Source: Verrucomicrobiota bacterium (GTDB lineage: Bacteria > Verrucomicrobiota > Verrucomicrobiia > Limisphaerales > UBA1096). Taken from it: a stretch of 64,000 nt of DNA. Position 1 is the stretch's first letter. The number at the start of each line of letters is the position of its first letter. The notes below the pieces were generated by a model. The model ran no database searches. It saw only the letters and a list, made by a program, of their open reading frames with translations, and had not been told where the DNA came from. Location of the stretch: contig JACNJE010000095.1 of the NCBI GenBank assembly GCA_014382705.1, positions 303 through 64,302 of the forward strand, written 5' to 3'. Of the stretch, positions 26,767 through 37,619 are shown in pieces. The position numbers were made by a program, and so were the translations under genes.

Positions 26767-28533
26767 TCAGAAAAGGAAATAGCGCTGGGCCAACGGCAGC
26801 TCTGTTGCCGGTTCGCAGGTCAACACTTCGCCATCGGCCTTGACGGTGTACGTCTCGGGATCGACCTCGATTTTCGGCAACTTGTCGTTGAGCACCATGT
26901 CGGCCTTGCCGATGTTGCGCGTGTTGCGAACCGGCTCAACACGCTTGGCCAAGCGCACCTGATCGGCCAAGCCGGCGTCAATCGCCGCTTGGCTGACGAA
27001 GGTCACGCAGGTCTCGAACTTGGCCCGGCCGTGAGCGGCGAATTGCGGTCGGTAAAACGTCGGCTGCGGCGTCGGGATGGAGGCATTCGGGTCGCCCATG
27101 TTGGCGCAGGCAATCATGCCACCTTTGAGGATTAACTCCGGTTTTACACCGAAAAACGCCGGTTTCCACAAAACCAAGTCGGCCAGCTTGCCGACCTCGA
27201 CCGAGCCGATCATGTGGGACATCCCATGCGCGACGGCCGGATTGATGGTGTATTTGGCAATGTAGCGCAGCGCGCGGAAATTGTCAGCGGCCGGGTGGTC
27301 GGGGGAGTCAAGCTTGCCGAATTGCTGTTTCATTTTGTGCGCCGTCTGCCACGTGCGTATGACAACTTCGCCGACGCGGCCCATCGCCTGGCTGTCGCTC
27401 GACATGATCGAGAACGCGCCGATGTCGTGCAGGATATCCTCGGCCGCGATCGTCTCCGGCCGGATGCGCGACTCGGCGAACGCGACGTCCTCGGGAATCT
27501 TCGAGTCGAGGTGATGACAGACCATCAACATGTCGAGATGCTCCTCGATCGTGTTGACGGTAAATGGCCGCGTTGGGTTGGTCGAGGACGGCAGGACGTT
27601 GGCCTCGCCGCAGACACGGATGATGTCCGGTGCATGCCCACCGCCCGCGCCCTCGGAGTGGAAGGTGTGAATCGTGCGCCCCTTGAACGCCGCGATGGAG
27701 TCCTCGACAAAACCGGATTCGTTGAGGGTGTCGGTGTGGATGGCGACCTGCACGTCGAGTTCGTCGGCGACGCCGAGGCAGCAATCGATCGCCGCCGGAG
27801 TCGTGCCCCAGTCCTCGTGCAGCTTGAGGCCGATCGCGCCGGCGAGCACCTGTTCGCGCAGCGGCTCGGCGGTCGAGCAGTTGCCCTTGCCGAGGAATCC
27901 GAGGTTCATGGGGTATTCGTCGGAAGCCTCGAGCATGCGGTGGATGTTCCAGATGCCGGGCGTGCAGGTGGTGGCGTTGGTGCCGGTGGCCGGACCGGTG
28001 CCGCCGCCGGTCATCGTCGTGATGCCGCTGGCCAACGCCTCGTCGATCTGCTGTGCGCAGATGAAATGAATGTGGCAGTCGTAACCGCCCGCCGTGAGAA
28101 TTGCGCCCTCGCCGGCGATTGCCTCGGTCGCCGCACCGATGGTCATTGGGTTGCGCTGGCCGGTTTCGGGGTCGGCGAACACCGAGCCAAGCCCGTCCTG
28201 AATACCGGGGTTTCCCGCGTGGCCAATGCCGACGATGCGGCCGGCCTTGATGCCGATATCGGCCTTCACGACGCCCAGCTTGGCATCGAGGATCAATGCG
28301 TTGGTGATGACCACGTCGAGCGACTCGGCGTCCTTGGCCAAGGGCGATTGGCCCATGCCGTCGCGAATCACCTTGCCGCCGCCGAACTTGACCTCGTTGC
28401 CATAGCCGCCGCCCTCGGCGATGAGGTCGCGCTCGACCTCGATGAACAGGTCGGTGTCGCCGAGGCGCACTTGGTCACCCACGGTCGGCCCGTATATTTC
28501 CGCGTACTGCTGTCGTGTAAGGGTGAGGGGCAT
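26767..28533 (-). CDS. ureC: urease alpha subunit UreC (588 aa)
   Basis: [69 protein letters not shown], ...LAQRYFLF. Confidence 0.97.
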   Translation of the reverse strand: MPLTLTRQQYAEIYGPTVGDQVRLGDTDLFIEVERDLIAEGGGYGNEVKFGGGKVIRDGMGQSPLAKDAESLDVVITNALILDAKLGVVKADIGIKAGRIVGIGHAGNPGIQDGLGSVFADPETGQRNPMTIGAATEAIAGEGAILTAGGYDCHIHFICAQQIDEALASGITTMTGGGTGPATGTNATTCTPGIWNIHRMLEASDEYPMNLGFLGKGNCSTAEPLREQVLAGAIGLKLHEDWGTTPAAIDCCLGVADELDVQVAIHTDTLNESGFVEDSIAAFKGRTIHTFHSEGAGGGHAPDIIRVCGEANVLPSSTNPTRPFTVNTIEEHLDMLMVCHHLDSKIPEDVAFAESRIRPETIAAEDILHDIGAFSIMSSDSQAMGRVGEVVIRTWQTAHKMKQQFGKLDSPDHPAADNFRALRYIAKYTINPAVAHGMSHMIGSVEVGKLADLVLWKPAFFGVKPELILKGGMIACANMGDPNASIPTPQPTFYRPQFAAHGRAKFETCVTFVSQAAIDAGLADQVRLAKRVEPVRNTRNIGKADMVLNDKLPKIEVDPETYTVKADGEVLTCEPATELPLAQRYFLF

Positions 28534-28548
28534 GGGAATCGTTCTTGG

Positions 28549-28859
28549 TTATGCCGGTAGCGGGCCGTTGACCTTGGCGTTGAGGCCGTGGACTTCGCGG
28601 CTGCCGGCGAGAGCGACGAGCTCGACTTCGCGCGCCATTCCGGGCTCAAAGCGAACTGCCGTGCCGGCCGCGATGTTCAGCCGGAAGCCAAGCGCTTGGC
28701 CACGGTCGAACTCCAGCGCGGAGTTGACCTCGTAAAAATGAAAGTGGCTGCCGACTTGGATCGGCCGGTCGCCGGTGTTGGAGACCGGCAACGTCCGGGT
28801 CTCAAGATTTTCGTTCGCCGCGAGCGGCCTTGCCTCTGCCACCTTTATTTCGCCGGGGA

Positions 28860-28863
<4 letters not shown>
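28549..28863 (-). CDS. ureB: urease beta subunit UreB (104 aa)
   Basis: MIPGEIKV...[19 protein letters not shown]. The ATG at 28863 overlaps the ureA stop. The ORF track shows a longer spurious upstream extension. Confidence 0.95.
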
Positions 28864-29162
<299 letters not shown>

Positions 29163-29226
29163 GGCAAGCGGTCGGAGAGTCTATGGTTGGTTCAATAGGC
29201 GTGCGAGCCAAAACCGCTGCGTTCAA

Positions 29227-29922
29227 TCAAACGCTGAGGTGCTGGCGCACGATGGACTCGCTGAGCTGCGGGGTGTCGCCGTTGGCCACGACGCGGCCAC
29301 GATTCATGATGTAAAAATGATCGCCAAACTCCTTGATGAAATCGACGTACTGCTCGACCAGCACGACGGTCATCTCCTTCTCCTTGACAAGTCGCCGCAG
29401 CACTTGACCGATCGCCTGGATGATGTTGGGCTGAATGCCCTCGGTCGGCTCGTCGAGCAACAGCACACGCGGATCGCCCACCAGCGCGCGACCGATGGCC
29501 AATTGCTGCTGTTGCCCACCGGAAAGGTTGCCTCCCTGCCGGGCGCCCATTTCATGGAGCACGGGGAACAACTCATAAATCTCCTCCGGAATCGTGCGGC
29601 ACCCATCGGTGCGGGCAGACAGCCCGACCTCCAGGTTTTCCCTGACCGACAGCCGCGGGAAAATCATCCGCCCCTGTGGCACCAGTGCGAGGCCGGATTG
29701 GGCACGCATTCTCGCCGGTTGCTTGCTGATGTTCCGGCCGTCGAGGGTGACGCTTCCTTTGGAGGCTTTCTCGAGGCCGACAATGTTGCGCATGAGCGTG
29801 GTTTTGCCGACGCCATTGCGTCCCATCACGCAAACAACCTTGGCCTTGGGCACCTCGATGCTGACCTCGTGGAGCACCTGAACGGAGCCATAGGCGAAAT
29901 GGATATTGCTGCAGCTTAACAT
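29227..29922 (-). CDS. urtE: urea ABC transporter ATP-binding protein UrtE
   Basis: Walker A GRNGVGKTT, signature LSGGQQQQL, Walker B LLLDEP. Last gene of the urt block next to the ure genes. The start at 29922 lies 1 nt after the urtD stop; the ORF opens at 29946. Confidence 0.85.
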   Translation of the reverse strand: MLSCSNIHFAYGSVQVLHEVSIEVPKAKVVCVMGRNGVGKTTLMRNIVGLEKASKGSVTLDGRNISKQPARMRAQSGLALVPQGRMIFPRLSVRENLEVGLSARTDGCRTIPEEIYELFPVLHEMGARQGGNLSGGQQQQLAIGRALVGDPRVLLLDEPTEGIQPNIIQAIGQVLRRLVKEKEMTVVLVEQYVDFIKEFGDHFYIMNRGRVVANGDTPQLSESIVRQHLSV

Positions 29923-29923
29923 G

Positions 29924-30724
29924 TCATCTCCCGAGGTAGGCCTCAATGACCTCCTCGTTCGCGGTGAGTTCGTTGATGTCGCCCTCGGCGAGGATGCGGC
30001 CCTCGTTCAGCACGGTGACCTTGCTGTCGAGTTGACGGACAAAATCCATGTCGTGCTCGATCACGATGACGGTGTGCTCATCCTTCAACTCGAGCAGCAA
30101 TTCGGCGGTCAACTCCGTCTCGAGATCGGTCAACCCGGCCGCCGGTTCATCAACCAGCAGTAGCTTGGGGCTGGAGAGGATCAGCATGCTGATCGCAAGC
30201 CATTGGCGCTGGCCATGGCTGAGGTGCTTGGCCTCCGTGTGCCGGTCGTCCTTCAAACGCACCCGCTCGAGAATCTGCACAATTTTCTCGTTCTCCGCGC
30301 TGCTGGCGGAACGCCCGAAAAACCGGCGCACCTTTCGGCTGCCCGGCAGGGCGAGTTCCATGTTCTCGAATGTGGTCAGACTGTCGTACACACGGGGTGT
30401 CTGAAATTTGCGGCCGATACCGCGCAGGGCGATGTCCGCTTCCAACTCGTTTGTGATGTCGTCGCCCTCGAAAAATACCGTGCCCGTGGTCGGCCGGGTC
30501 TTGCCGCTGACCAAGTCGCACAGCGTGGTTTTGCCGGCGCCGTTCGGCCCGATGACCACGCGCAACTCGTTGCGCTTAACGCCCCAAGCCCCGATGTCTA
30601 CCGCTTTGAATCCATCAAATACCGCCGTCAAATCCTCGACGAACAGGAGAAAATCGCGCGCTCCGATCCGGTTGATCCGCGGACTAAATTCCCGGTATTC
30701 GGCAATGAGTTCGGTCGTGTTCAT
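29924..30724 (-). CDS. urtD: urea ABC transporter ATP-binding protein UrtD
   Basis: Walker A GPNGAGKTT, signature LSHGQRQWL, Walker B LLVDEP. ATGA overlap with urtC. Confidence 0.85.
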   Translation of the reverse strand: MNTTELIAEYREFSPRINRIGARDFLLFVEDLTAVFDGFKAVDIGAWGVKRNELRVVIGPNGAGKTTLCDLVSGKTRPTTGTVFFEGDDITNELEADIALRGIGRKFQTPRVYDSLTTFENMELALPGSRKVRRFFGRSASSAENEKIVQILERVRLKDDRHTEAKHLSHGQRQWLAISMLILSSPKLLLVDEPAAGLTDLETELTAELLLELKDEHTVIVIEHDMDFVRQLDSKVTVLNEGRILAEGDINELTANEEVIEAYLGR

Positions 30725-31836
30725 GCCTCAACGTTGCGCTTGGCCAAGCGCTTGAAACGGATCAAGTCCAGCAGGCCGGCGATGCCTTTTGGAAACAGCA
30801 GCACCACGCCGACGAACAGCAAACCCTGCACAAACGGCCAGGCCTCCGGCCAGCTAGTAGTCAGAAAATTATAAACCAAGTTTACGCCAAGCGCCCCAAG
30901 CACTGCGCCCGACAACGTGCCCCGGCCGCCGACCGCCACCCAGATCACAAACAGGATCGACCACTTGGCCGTCATGTATTCCGGCGTGATGATGCCCATC
31001 TGCGGCGTGTACAGCATCCCGCCCAAGCCACCCAATGCTGCGGCCAAGGCGAAAACGAACATCTTGAACATGTACGGCTTGTAGCCAAAGAAACGGAGGT
31101 TCGTCTCGTCGTCGCGCACCGCCACCAGCACCCGGCCAAGCCGGGTGCTGACCAAGAAACGGCAAAAGCAAAACACGCCGATCAAGCAAACCAAGGTCAG
31201 CAGATAGAGGCCAAACTTGACGCCGTGACTGGATAACTCAAATCCTGCGATCGTATTGAAGCGAGTCAACCCGTTGGTGCCGCACAACTTCATGTTGTTC
31301 ATGCAAAACACCAGCCAACCGGCAACCGTGATCGCCTGCGTCAAAATTGCAAAGTAGACGCCTCGCACGCGACTTCGAAAACCAAAGTACCCGATCACCG
31401 CCGCCACCACACCGGGCAACGCCATACCCAGCAACACCGTCAGCGGCAGGCTGAAAAACGGTTTCCAAAACCAAGGCACCATTGCGTCTCCTGGTGCCTC
31501 ACCAACCTCGTACGGATACACGACGAATAGGCAGGCGGGGAGTTTCCAGCCATCCTTGTCAACGATGCCCTCCGGCCCGCCGTGGTGCGCCAGATACATC
31601 CCCATCGCGTAGCCGCCCAGCGCAAAAAAAAGCGCCTGACACAGGCTCAAAACACCACAGTAGCCCCAGATCAAATCCAATCCGATCGCCGCAATGGCAA
31701 ACGCCAGATAGCGGCCGAGCATGTTGACCGTGTCGATCGAGATTGTGCCGGAGAAATACAGCGCCGGGATGCCGATCAGCCCGAACAGGAACAGCGCCCA
31801 GACACAACGCACGTGGTTCGGCTTGTCCCTAAACAT
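30721..31836 (-). CDS. urtC: urea ABC transporter permease UrtC
   Basis: Polytopic branched-chain-type permease. The start at MFRDKPNH... overlaps the urtB stop by 8 nt. Confidence 0.8.
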   Translation of the reverse strand: MFRDKPNHVRCVWALFLFGLIGIPALYFSGTISIDTVNMLGRYLAFAIAAIGLDLIWGYCGVLSLCQALFFALGGYAMGMYLAHHGGPEGIVDKDGWKLPACLFVVYPYEVGEAPGDAMVPWFWKPFFSLPLTVLLGMALPGVVAAVIGYFGFRSRVRGVYFAILTQAITVAGWLVFCMNNMKLCGTNGLTRFNTIAGFELSSHGVKFGLYLLTLVCLIGVFCFCRFLVSTRLGRVLVAVRDDETNLRFFGYKPYMFKMFVFALAAALGGLGGMLYTPQMGIITPEYMTAKWSILFVIWVAVGGRGTLSGAVLGALGVNLVYNFLTTSWPEAWPFVQGLLFVGVVLLFPKGIAGLLDLIRFKRLAKRNVEA

Positions 31837-33547
31837 CAGCCAGCCTTCCCTTCGGCGGGAACAGACCGGCCGGCTTGAATTGTATGAACGCCACCACGCA
31901 GGCCAGCACAAAAACCTTGGCCCAAATCGCCTCGACGGTGAAATCGCCGAACTGCATCGGCTCGATCACCTTGGTCGCCACGCCGAGGCCCAGCCCGGAA
32001 CAGATCACGCCGAGCAACTCGCCCACGCCACCGGTCACCACCACGAGGAACGACTCGACGATGTAGTTTTGTCCCATGTCCGGTGTCACGCCGCCGATCA
32101 GTGTCAACGCATAGCCGGCCAGCCCGGCCAGCCCGGAGCCAAACGCAAACGTGTAGCTATCGATGCGCCGGGTGTTGACGCCGAGGCTGTCAGCCATGTC
32201 GCGATTCTGCATCGTGGCGCGCATTCGCAGGCCAAGTTTGGTCCGGTTGATCAGCGTGTAAATCATCGCCACGCACAAGGCGCACAGGGTGATGATGAAG
32301 AGCCGGTTGTAAGGCAGGTTGACATCCTGCATGACCTCGGCGCTGCCGACCAGCCAGGTTGGGCTGTTCACGCCGATGTTGTCGCCAAAGATGAGCCGGG
32401 CGCTCTGGATCAGCAGGATGCTCACGCCCCACGTCGCCAGCAGCGACTCGAGTGGCCGACGGTACAGGTGCCGCACGACCGCGAGTTCGATCAGCCAGCC
32501 GACAAACGCCGCCGCCAGAAACGCAGATGGAAGCGCCACAACGTAATACCAGTTGAACAGCCCCTCCGGCAGATGGTTCACAAATAGTTGCTGGATGACG
32601 TAGGTGGTGAACGCGCCAACCATCATCAGTTCGCCGTGCGCCATGTTGATGACGCCCATCAGGCCGAAGGTGATCGCGAGGCCAAGCGCCATGATAATGA
32701 GGATCGAGCCAAGCGAGAGTCCCTGAAACACATAGCCCACCCAGTTCACAAACGACTGATGGCTGTTGATCGATGCGACGGCATTCTCGCACTGCTCACG
32801 GGCCGCCTGGCCGTGTTTTGAAAATCCCCCGTCTCGCAGCAACTCTTCGAGAACCGGCAGCGCACGCAGGCTCTTCATCCCGGCGAGCTGCCCGGCGGCG
32901 GCCCAGCGCTCCTGCGCTTGGCCAAGCGGGACGTCCGTGCCCAGGCGGATGAGCAGCAAACTCTCCCTGGCGGTAAATTGTATTTTTTCATCCGGGTCGT
33001 TCTCCGCCATGTCGGTGAGGAATGGGATCGACTCGGCGTTGTACGGTGGCGTGCCGCTTTTCTTCACGGCAACCAGTCGCGACTCCCGATCCGGTGATGA
33101 CAGTTTTAAAAGGAAGAGAGCGCTGCGGGCGGCCAATCGCCCGGCCCTGTCCGGACTCATGTCCTCCAAGTCCAGAATGTCCGGCTTGGCTTGGTTGCCG
33201 TCTTCGCCCAACACCGGCTCGCCGGTCAGCGGGTGGGTCAACGGCGCCAGTTCGTTAAAGTCTTCGTCCTCCTCCGTCTCCGTGCAGACGACAATCTGCC
33301 CATTCCAGAGGTAGACGCTGCCGCTGCGGTAATTCTCAAGGAAGGCCTCGAGGCGAGAGTCGCCACTCTTGGCCAGGTCGAACAGCACCTGCTTGCGCAA
33401 GGCGGCATCGTCACTGGCGAGCTTGGCCATCTGCTCCAGCAGCGCCGTGTCGTTGGCGGTGTCGGCAGAAGAATCGGCCGCCGCAACAGGCTGGCTGAGC
33501 ATCCAACCGGTCGCGACGGCCATGAAAAAGGCCAAGCTATGTCTCAT
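31829..33547 (-). CDS. urtB: urea ABC transporter permease UrtB with a long N-terminal periplasmic extension (572 aa)
   Basis: Signal peptide, an N-terminal soluble region of about 250 aa, then a LivH-type permease core (GVINMAHGELMMVGAF). Confidence 0.8.
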   Translation of the reverse strand: MRHSLAFFMAVATGWMLSQPVAAADSSADTANDTALLEQMAKLASDDAALRKQVLFDLAKSGDSRLEAFLENYRSGSVYLWNGQIVVCTETEEDEDFNELAPLTHPLTGEPVLGEDGNQAKPDILDLEDMSPDRAGRLAARSALFLLKLSSPDRESRLVAVKKSGTPPYNAESIPFLTDMAENDPDEKIQFTARESLLLIRLGTDVPLGQAQERWAAAGQLAGMKSLRALPVLEELLRDGGFSKHGQAAREQCENAVASINSHQSFVNWVGYVFQGLSLGSILIIMALGLAITFGLMGVINMAHGELMMVGAFTTYVIQQLFVNHLPEGLFNWYYVVALPSAFLAAAFVGWLIELAVVRHLYRRPLESLLATWGVSILLIQSARLIFGDNIGVNSPTWLVGSAEVMQDVNLPYNRLFIITLCALCVAMIYTLINRTKLGLRMRATMQNRDMADSLGVNTRRIDSYTFAFGSGLAGLAGYALTLIGGVTPDMGQNYIVESFLVVVTGGVGELLGVICSGLGLGVATKVIEPMQFGDFTVEAIWAKVFVLACVVAFIQFKPAGLFPPKGRLADV

Positions 33548-33671
33548 TCTGTCTCAGGAGGAACTACTTGAACACAAGCCGACCAAGACGGTTCAGCAGG
33601 CGGGCCGAATCATCGACCTATAGAGCAAAGACCTATATCCAAGCCCGCCCGCGAACCGCTAAAACGGTGGA

Positions 33672-34937
33672 TTATCCTTTCTTTTTCGGTCCGCCGGTCG
33701 GTTTCGGGTAGTCGCCGTCCGGGTGCAAATACCGGCTGTAGGAGTCCGGCGACACGAGGCCGTCGCTCTCCCACACGATCTTGAACTGGCCGTTCTTGAG
33801 AATCTCGCCAACATACACCGGCTTGAGGGTGTGCTGGTTGGAGTCGTGCATGCGCTTCTTGCCACCCGGAGCGTCGAACTCCAGTCCGTAAACCGCCTGA
33901 CGAACCTTGTCCACGTCGAACGTGCCGGCCTTCTCAACAGCCGCCTTCCAAACATACACGCCGAAGTAGGCCGCCTCGATCGGGTCGTCGGTGACACGCT
34001 TCGAACCACCCGGCAGTTTGTTCTTTTTGCAGTAGCTCTTGAAGGCACGGACAAACTTGCGGTTGTCCGAGGATCTCACGCTCTGGAAATAATTCCAGGC
34101 AGCCAGATGCCCGACCAGCGGCGGGACATCCATCGCGCGCAACTCGTCCTCCGCAACGGAGAAGGCCATGATCGGGCAGTCGTCAGACGACAAACCCTGG
34201 TTGGCGAACTCCTTGTAGAACGGCACGTTGCTGTCGCCGTTGATCGTGGAGAGTACGCAGGCATTCCCGCCGGCGGCGAATTTCTTGATCTTGCCGACGA
34301 TCGTCTGGTAGTCCTGATGATGGAACGGCGTGTACTCCTCGATGATATTCGCCTCTGGCACGCCCTTGGTCAGCAGGAACGCCTTGAGCACCTTGTTTGC
34401 CGTACGCGGGAAGACGTAGTCGGTGCCAAGCAGGTAGAACTTCTTCATGCCCAACTCGCCCATCATGTATTCCGCAGCCGGGATGAGTTGCTGATTCGGG
34501 GACGCCGCCGTGTAGAACACGTTCAGCGACTGCTCCTCGCCCTCGTACTGGACCGGGTAAAACAGCAACTGGTTGTACTCCTCGAACACCGGCAGGCACG
34601 ACTTGCGACTCACCGAAGTCCAGCAACCAAACGTCACCGCGACCTTGTGCTGGTTGATCAGCTCCTTGGCCTTTTCCGCAAAGAGCGGCCAATCCGAGGC
34701 GGGATCCACCACGACCGGCTCGATTTTTTTGCCGAGCACGCCGCCTTTCTTGTTGATCTCCTCGGCTGCCATCAGAACGACATCCTTCAGGGATGTTTCC
34801 GAGATGGCCATCGTACCGCTGAGCGAATGCAGGACGCCGATCTTCACCGTGTCGGCCGCCTGGCCAAGCGGCTTGGCCAAGCCAAACACGCCGACAAGAG
34901 CCAACACACCTATCGTTTTTATGTAATTTTTCAACAT
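33672..34937 (-). CDS. urtA: urea-binding periplasmic protein UrtA
   Basis: Signal peptide, then [19 protein letters not shown]...[12 protein letters not shown], the UrtA/amide-binding family. Confidence 0.85.
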   Translation of the reverse strand: MLKNYIKTIGVLALVGVFGLAKPLGQAADTVKIGVLHSLSGTMAISETSLKDVVLMAAEEINKKGGVLGKKIEPVVVDPASDWPLFAEKAKELINQHKVAVTFGCWTSVSRKSCLPVFEEYNQLLFYPVQYEGEEQSLNVFYTAASPNQQLIPAAEYMMGELGMKKFYLLGTDYVFPRTANKVLKAFLLTKGVPEANIIEEYTPFHHQDYQTIVGKIKKFAAGGNACVLSTINGDSNVPFYKEFANQGLSSDDCPIMAFSVAEDELRAMDVPPLVGHLAAWNYFQSVRSSDNRKFVRAFKSYCKKNKLPGGSKRVTDDPIEAAYFGVYVWKAAVEKAGTFDVDKVRQAVYGLEFDAPGGKKRMHDSNQHTLKPVYVGEILKNGQFKIVWESDGLVSPDSYSRYLHPDGDYPKPTGGPKKKG

Positions 34938-34961
34938 CTTTTCTGTTTAAAGGGTTTACGA

Positions 34962-35918
34962 TTAGAACGAATACAGCACCCGTGCTGCCAGCAGATCCTC
35001 ATCGGCGCCGCCAACATCGTAGTCGCGATGGCGATACTCGGTGATGACGGACACACTGTCGGAAATCACGAAGCGGGGGCTGATGGTGAACTCATCGATC
35101 TCGGCCCAGTCGGCATCCACATGGGCGTACCGCAGAGTGGTGTTGAACGTTTCGGTGAAGGCGTAGTTGCCCATCAGCATGTAGGCATCGCCATCGGCGC
35201 CGGCCGCCCCATAATCCTCGAGCGAGCTGTATTCCGCCGCCACGGTGAGTGAATCCACCGAGTAACCGGCCCACAGGTTGACCATCGACTTGTCGTAGAC
35301 AGCGCCGCTTTCCGTTGCGTAGCCCAGCTTGATGGTCAATCCCTCCGCCGGTGAGGTGAACACCTGCACCTCGTAGCCGAGGTCGTCCGTATCACCGTCA
35401 GCACTCCAGGTGCCGTCCACCACGGAGCCGTACACGCCAAACGTGTCGCCGCTGTACACGCCCGCCAATCCGGTGTGAAAGCCCGGATAAATTCCTGCCG
35501 TACTCGCTGCATGCGAGAATTGGTTCAAGGTGTTCACATCGTACGATTCGTAGCCGATGCTGCTGAGGAATTTGCCCGCCTTGAGGCTGAACTGGTCCGA
35601 CACCGCAAAGCCGACGAACGCCTGCTCGAGGTCCACTCCGCCGTCCCCCGGCCCGTAGTCCCGACCGGCTGATCTGTAGTTCAGGTCAACCTGTGCGTTG
35701 ATAGAGTCATCACCATAAAGGAGATCTATCTCGAACTCGCTTAACTCGGCCGTGCTCTTGGTGTCTTTGCCATCCACATCGGAACTTGAAGCCGATACAT
35801 CCAGAAAGCCCTGCAGAGAAAGGCCTTCTGCCAACTCGATCTCCGCCTGGGCGGTGACCGATGCAACGGCTGCCATCGCAACGGCAGCCCGTGTCATTTT
35901 TTTATTTCGTATTTTCAT
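34962..35918 (-). CDS. outer-membrane beta-barrel porin, first gene of the urea cluster
   Basis: Signal peptide ...AAVASVTAQA. The sequence is Gly/Asp/Tyr-rich with alternating beta-strand patterns and ends in a C-terminal aromatic ...ARVLYSF. Function is inferred from context only. Confidence 0.5.
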   Translation of the reverse strand: MKIRNKKMTRAAVAMAAVASVTAQAEIELAEGLSLQGFLDVSASSSDVDGKDTKSTAELSEFEIDLLYGDDSINAQVDLNYRSAGRDYGPGDGGVDLEQAFVGFAVSDQFSLKAGKFLSSIGYESYDVNTLNQFSHAASTAGIYPGFHTGLAGVYSGDTFGVYGSVVDGTWSADGDTDDLGYEVQVFTSPAEGLTIKLGYATESGAVYDKSMVNLWAGYSVDSLTVAAEYSSLEDYGAAGADGDAYMLMGNYAFTETFNTTLRYAHVDADWAEIDEFTISPRFVISDSVSVITEYRHRDYDVGGADEDLLAARVLYSF

Positions 35919-36022
35919 TATTCAAAACCCAAGCCAAACGGGAATCCCGCACGACCCTGTGGATTATTCAATTCTGTCCCGGAGGAACAAATCACCCCTG
36001 TCAGGAACCTGCCACGGCCTTT

Positions 36023-36038
36023 AGCACCCAGTATGCCA
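36023..36038 (-). promoter_or_regulatory. candidate sigma-54 promoter TGGCAT-N5-GTGCT about 105 nt upstream of the porin-urt-ure cluster
   Basis: The minus strand reads TGGCATACTGGGTGCT. The GG and GC dinucleotides have the correct -24/-12 spacing and 2 mismatches to TGGCAC-N5-TTGCW. Confidence 0.35.
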
Positions 36039-36224
36039 TCCACTCGAAGCCGCCGCGTCCGGAGATCGGAAAAAACCCATTTTTCCGCTGAAAATAAGCC
36101 TTTTTTCACGTTCTGGCGATTTCGCCTGCACACCGCATGAGCCAGTCACTTGGCTTTATATTGGCAGCAGAGATGATTAAAATGCTTCAAACTGTCTACA
36201 TTTATCCAGCAACAAACCGAAGCA

Positions 36225-36240
36225 CCGCTTGGCCAAGCGG
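36225..36240. repeat. intergenic copy of the iterated palindrome extended to 16 bp (CCGCTTGGCCAAGCGG)
   Basis: Read directly in the divergent promoter region between the porin gene and the ORF at 36315. Confidence 0.9.
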
Positions 36241-36314
36241 GTCGGTTGGGAAGATGCGCCTTCCCAATGTCGGGCCGGTTGGATAGGTTTGCGTGACTTC
36301 AAGCCACTACCAAC

Positions 36315-37595
36315 ATGAAGACGACTCGACGTTCATTTCTGGGGAGCTGCGGACTGCTGGCGGGAGCCGCGGTGGCGGTTCCGGGAGTTGCGCTTGGCCA
36401 AGGTGGAGCCAAGCGGAAACGAATCGCCTTCCTCGGCACCGAGGTGCGCACGCACTCGCACGCGCAGCATTTTCTCGACCGGCTGGCGCTGGGCTACGGC
36501 TGGCGGGGTAAATGGCAGGAGCCACGCGTGGACATCGCCTCGGTTTACATCGACCAATTCCCCGAAAGCAGCGACCTTGGCCGCAGCCGCGTGAAGCGTT
36601 ACGGGCTGAAACTTTACCCGAGCATCGAGGAGGCGCTGACGCTGGGCACCGTAAAACTCGCGGTCGATGGCGTGGTCATCATCGCCGAGCACGGGAACTA
36701 TCCGAACAACGAAAAGGGCCAGAAACTGTATCCACGCTACGAGTGGTTCAAGCGCTGCGTGAAGGTGTTCGAGAAGAGCGGCCGCGGGGTGCCGGTCTTC
36801 AACGACAAGCATCTGTCGACAACTTGGGCGCGCTGCAAGGAGATGGTCGATGATGCGCACCGCTTAAAGTTCCCGTTTTTTGCCGGGTCCTCGCTGCCGG
36901 TGACCCGACGCATGCCGTCGATCGACATGCCGCACAATGTGCCGTTGAAAGAGAGTGTTTGTGTGGCTTACGGCGGGGTGGACAGTTATGACATTCACGC
37001 ACTGGAGACGGCGCAGTGCATGTCCGAGCGGCGGCGGGGCGGCGAGGTCGGTATCCGGCAGGTGCATGCGTTGCGTGGTGCAAAAATGTGGGAACGCTTG
37101 GCCAAGCCGGAGCACGCGGACACGCGGCGACTCGTCGTCTCGGCCTACACGCGCAGCCACAACCTGCCGGTCGAGGGCGGCTACTACACCGGCAAGGTCA
37201 CGTTCGAGTGGGCGCGCAAGACCTTCCCTAACTCACTGGCTTATTTCATCGAGCACCGGGATGGCTTCCGCACGACGATGATCCTGACGCAGATTCAAGA
37301 TTTCAACTACGCCGGCCTTCGCGCCGACACCGGCGAGATCGTCTCCACGCAAATGTACCTCCCGATGCCGGGACACGGCTCAACGACGGCGGACTTTTTC
37401 CATCCACTTTGCCGCCACATCGAGGATTCGGTGATCACCGGCAAGGTGCCTTATCCAGCCGAGCGCACGCTGTTGACCTCCGGCATGACGCTCGCCGGCG
37501 TCGAGTCGCTGCACAGGGGGCAGGTGCCGATCAAGACGCCGCAGATGAACGTCCGCTACTCGGTTGGCCCCGAGTCCACCTACTGGCGCGACTGA
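36315..37595 (+). CDS. Tat-signal periplasmic protein, possibly a Gfo/Idh/MocA-like fold (function unknown)
   Basis: MKTTRRSFLGSCGLLAGAAVA is a twin-arginine signal. The RIAFLGTE...DGVVIIAEHGNYP layout loosely resembles Rossmann-type oxidoreductases. No firm motif. Confidence 0.4.
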   Translation: MKTTRRSFLGSCGLLAGAAVAVPGVALGQGGAKRKRIAFLGTEVRTHSHAQHFLDRLALGYGWRGKWQEPRVDIASVYIDQFPESSDLGRSRVKRYGLKLYPSIEEALTLGTVKLAVDGVVIIAEHGNYPNNEKGQKLYPRYEWFKRCVKVFEKSGRGVPVFNDKHLSTTWARCKEMVDDAHRLKFPFFAGSSLPVTRRMPSIDMPHNVPLKESVCVAYGGVDSYDIHALETAQCMSERRRGGEVGIRQVHALRGAKMWERLAKPEHADTRRLVVSAYTRSHNLPVEGGYYTGKVTFEWARKTFPNSLAYFIEHRDGFRTTMILTQIQDFNYAGLRADTGEIVSTQMYLPMPGHGSTTADFFHPLCRHIEDSVITGKVPYPAERTLLTSGMTLAGVESLHRGQVPIKTPQMNVRYSVGPESTYWRD

Positions 37596-37619
37596 CCCAC
37601 GGAAACCATCGCGGGACTG

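Noticed and set aside
26767-28533. UreC is 588 aa, about 20 aa longer than the enterobacterial enzymes I remember; possible fusion or frameshift.
   Set aside because: All catalytic and nickel-ligand motifs are intact and in order (HIH, KLHEDWG, [12 protein letters not shown], MVCHHL). The extra length is explained by two short loop insertions (around [11 protein letters not shown] and [20 protein letters not shown]), which is ordinary lineage variation.
36112-36128. Sigma-54-like TGGCGATTTCGCCTGCA on the + strand upstream of the ORF at 36315, containing the inverted repeat GGCGA-TT-TCGCC.
   Set aside because: The GG-to-GC spacing is one nucleotide too long and the -24 element is poor. It lies about 190 nt from the start codon. 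It is kept only as a possible small operator-like inverted repeat.
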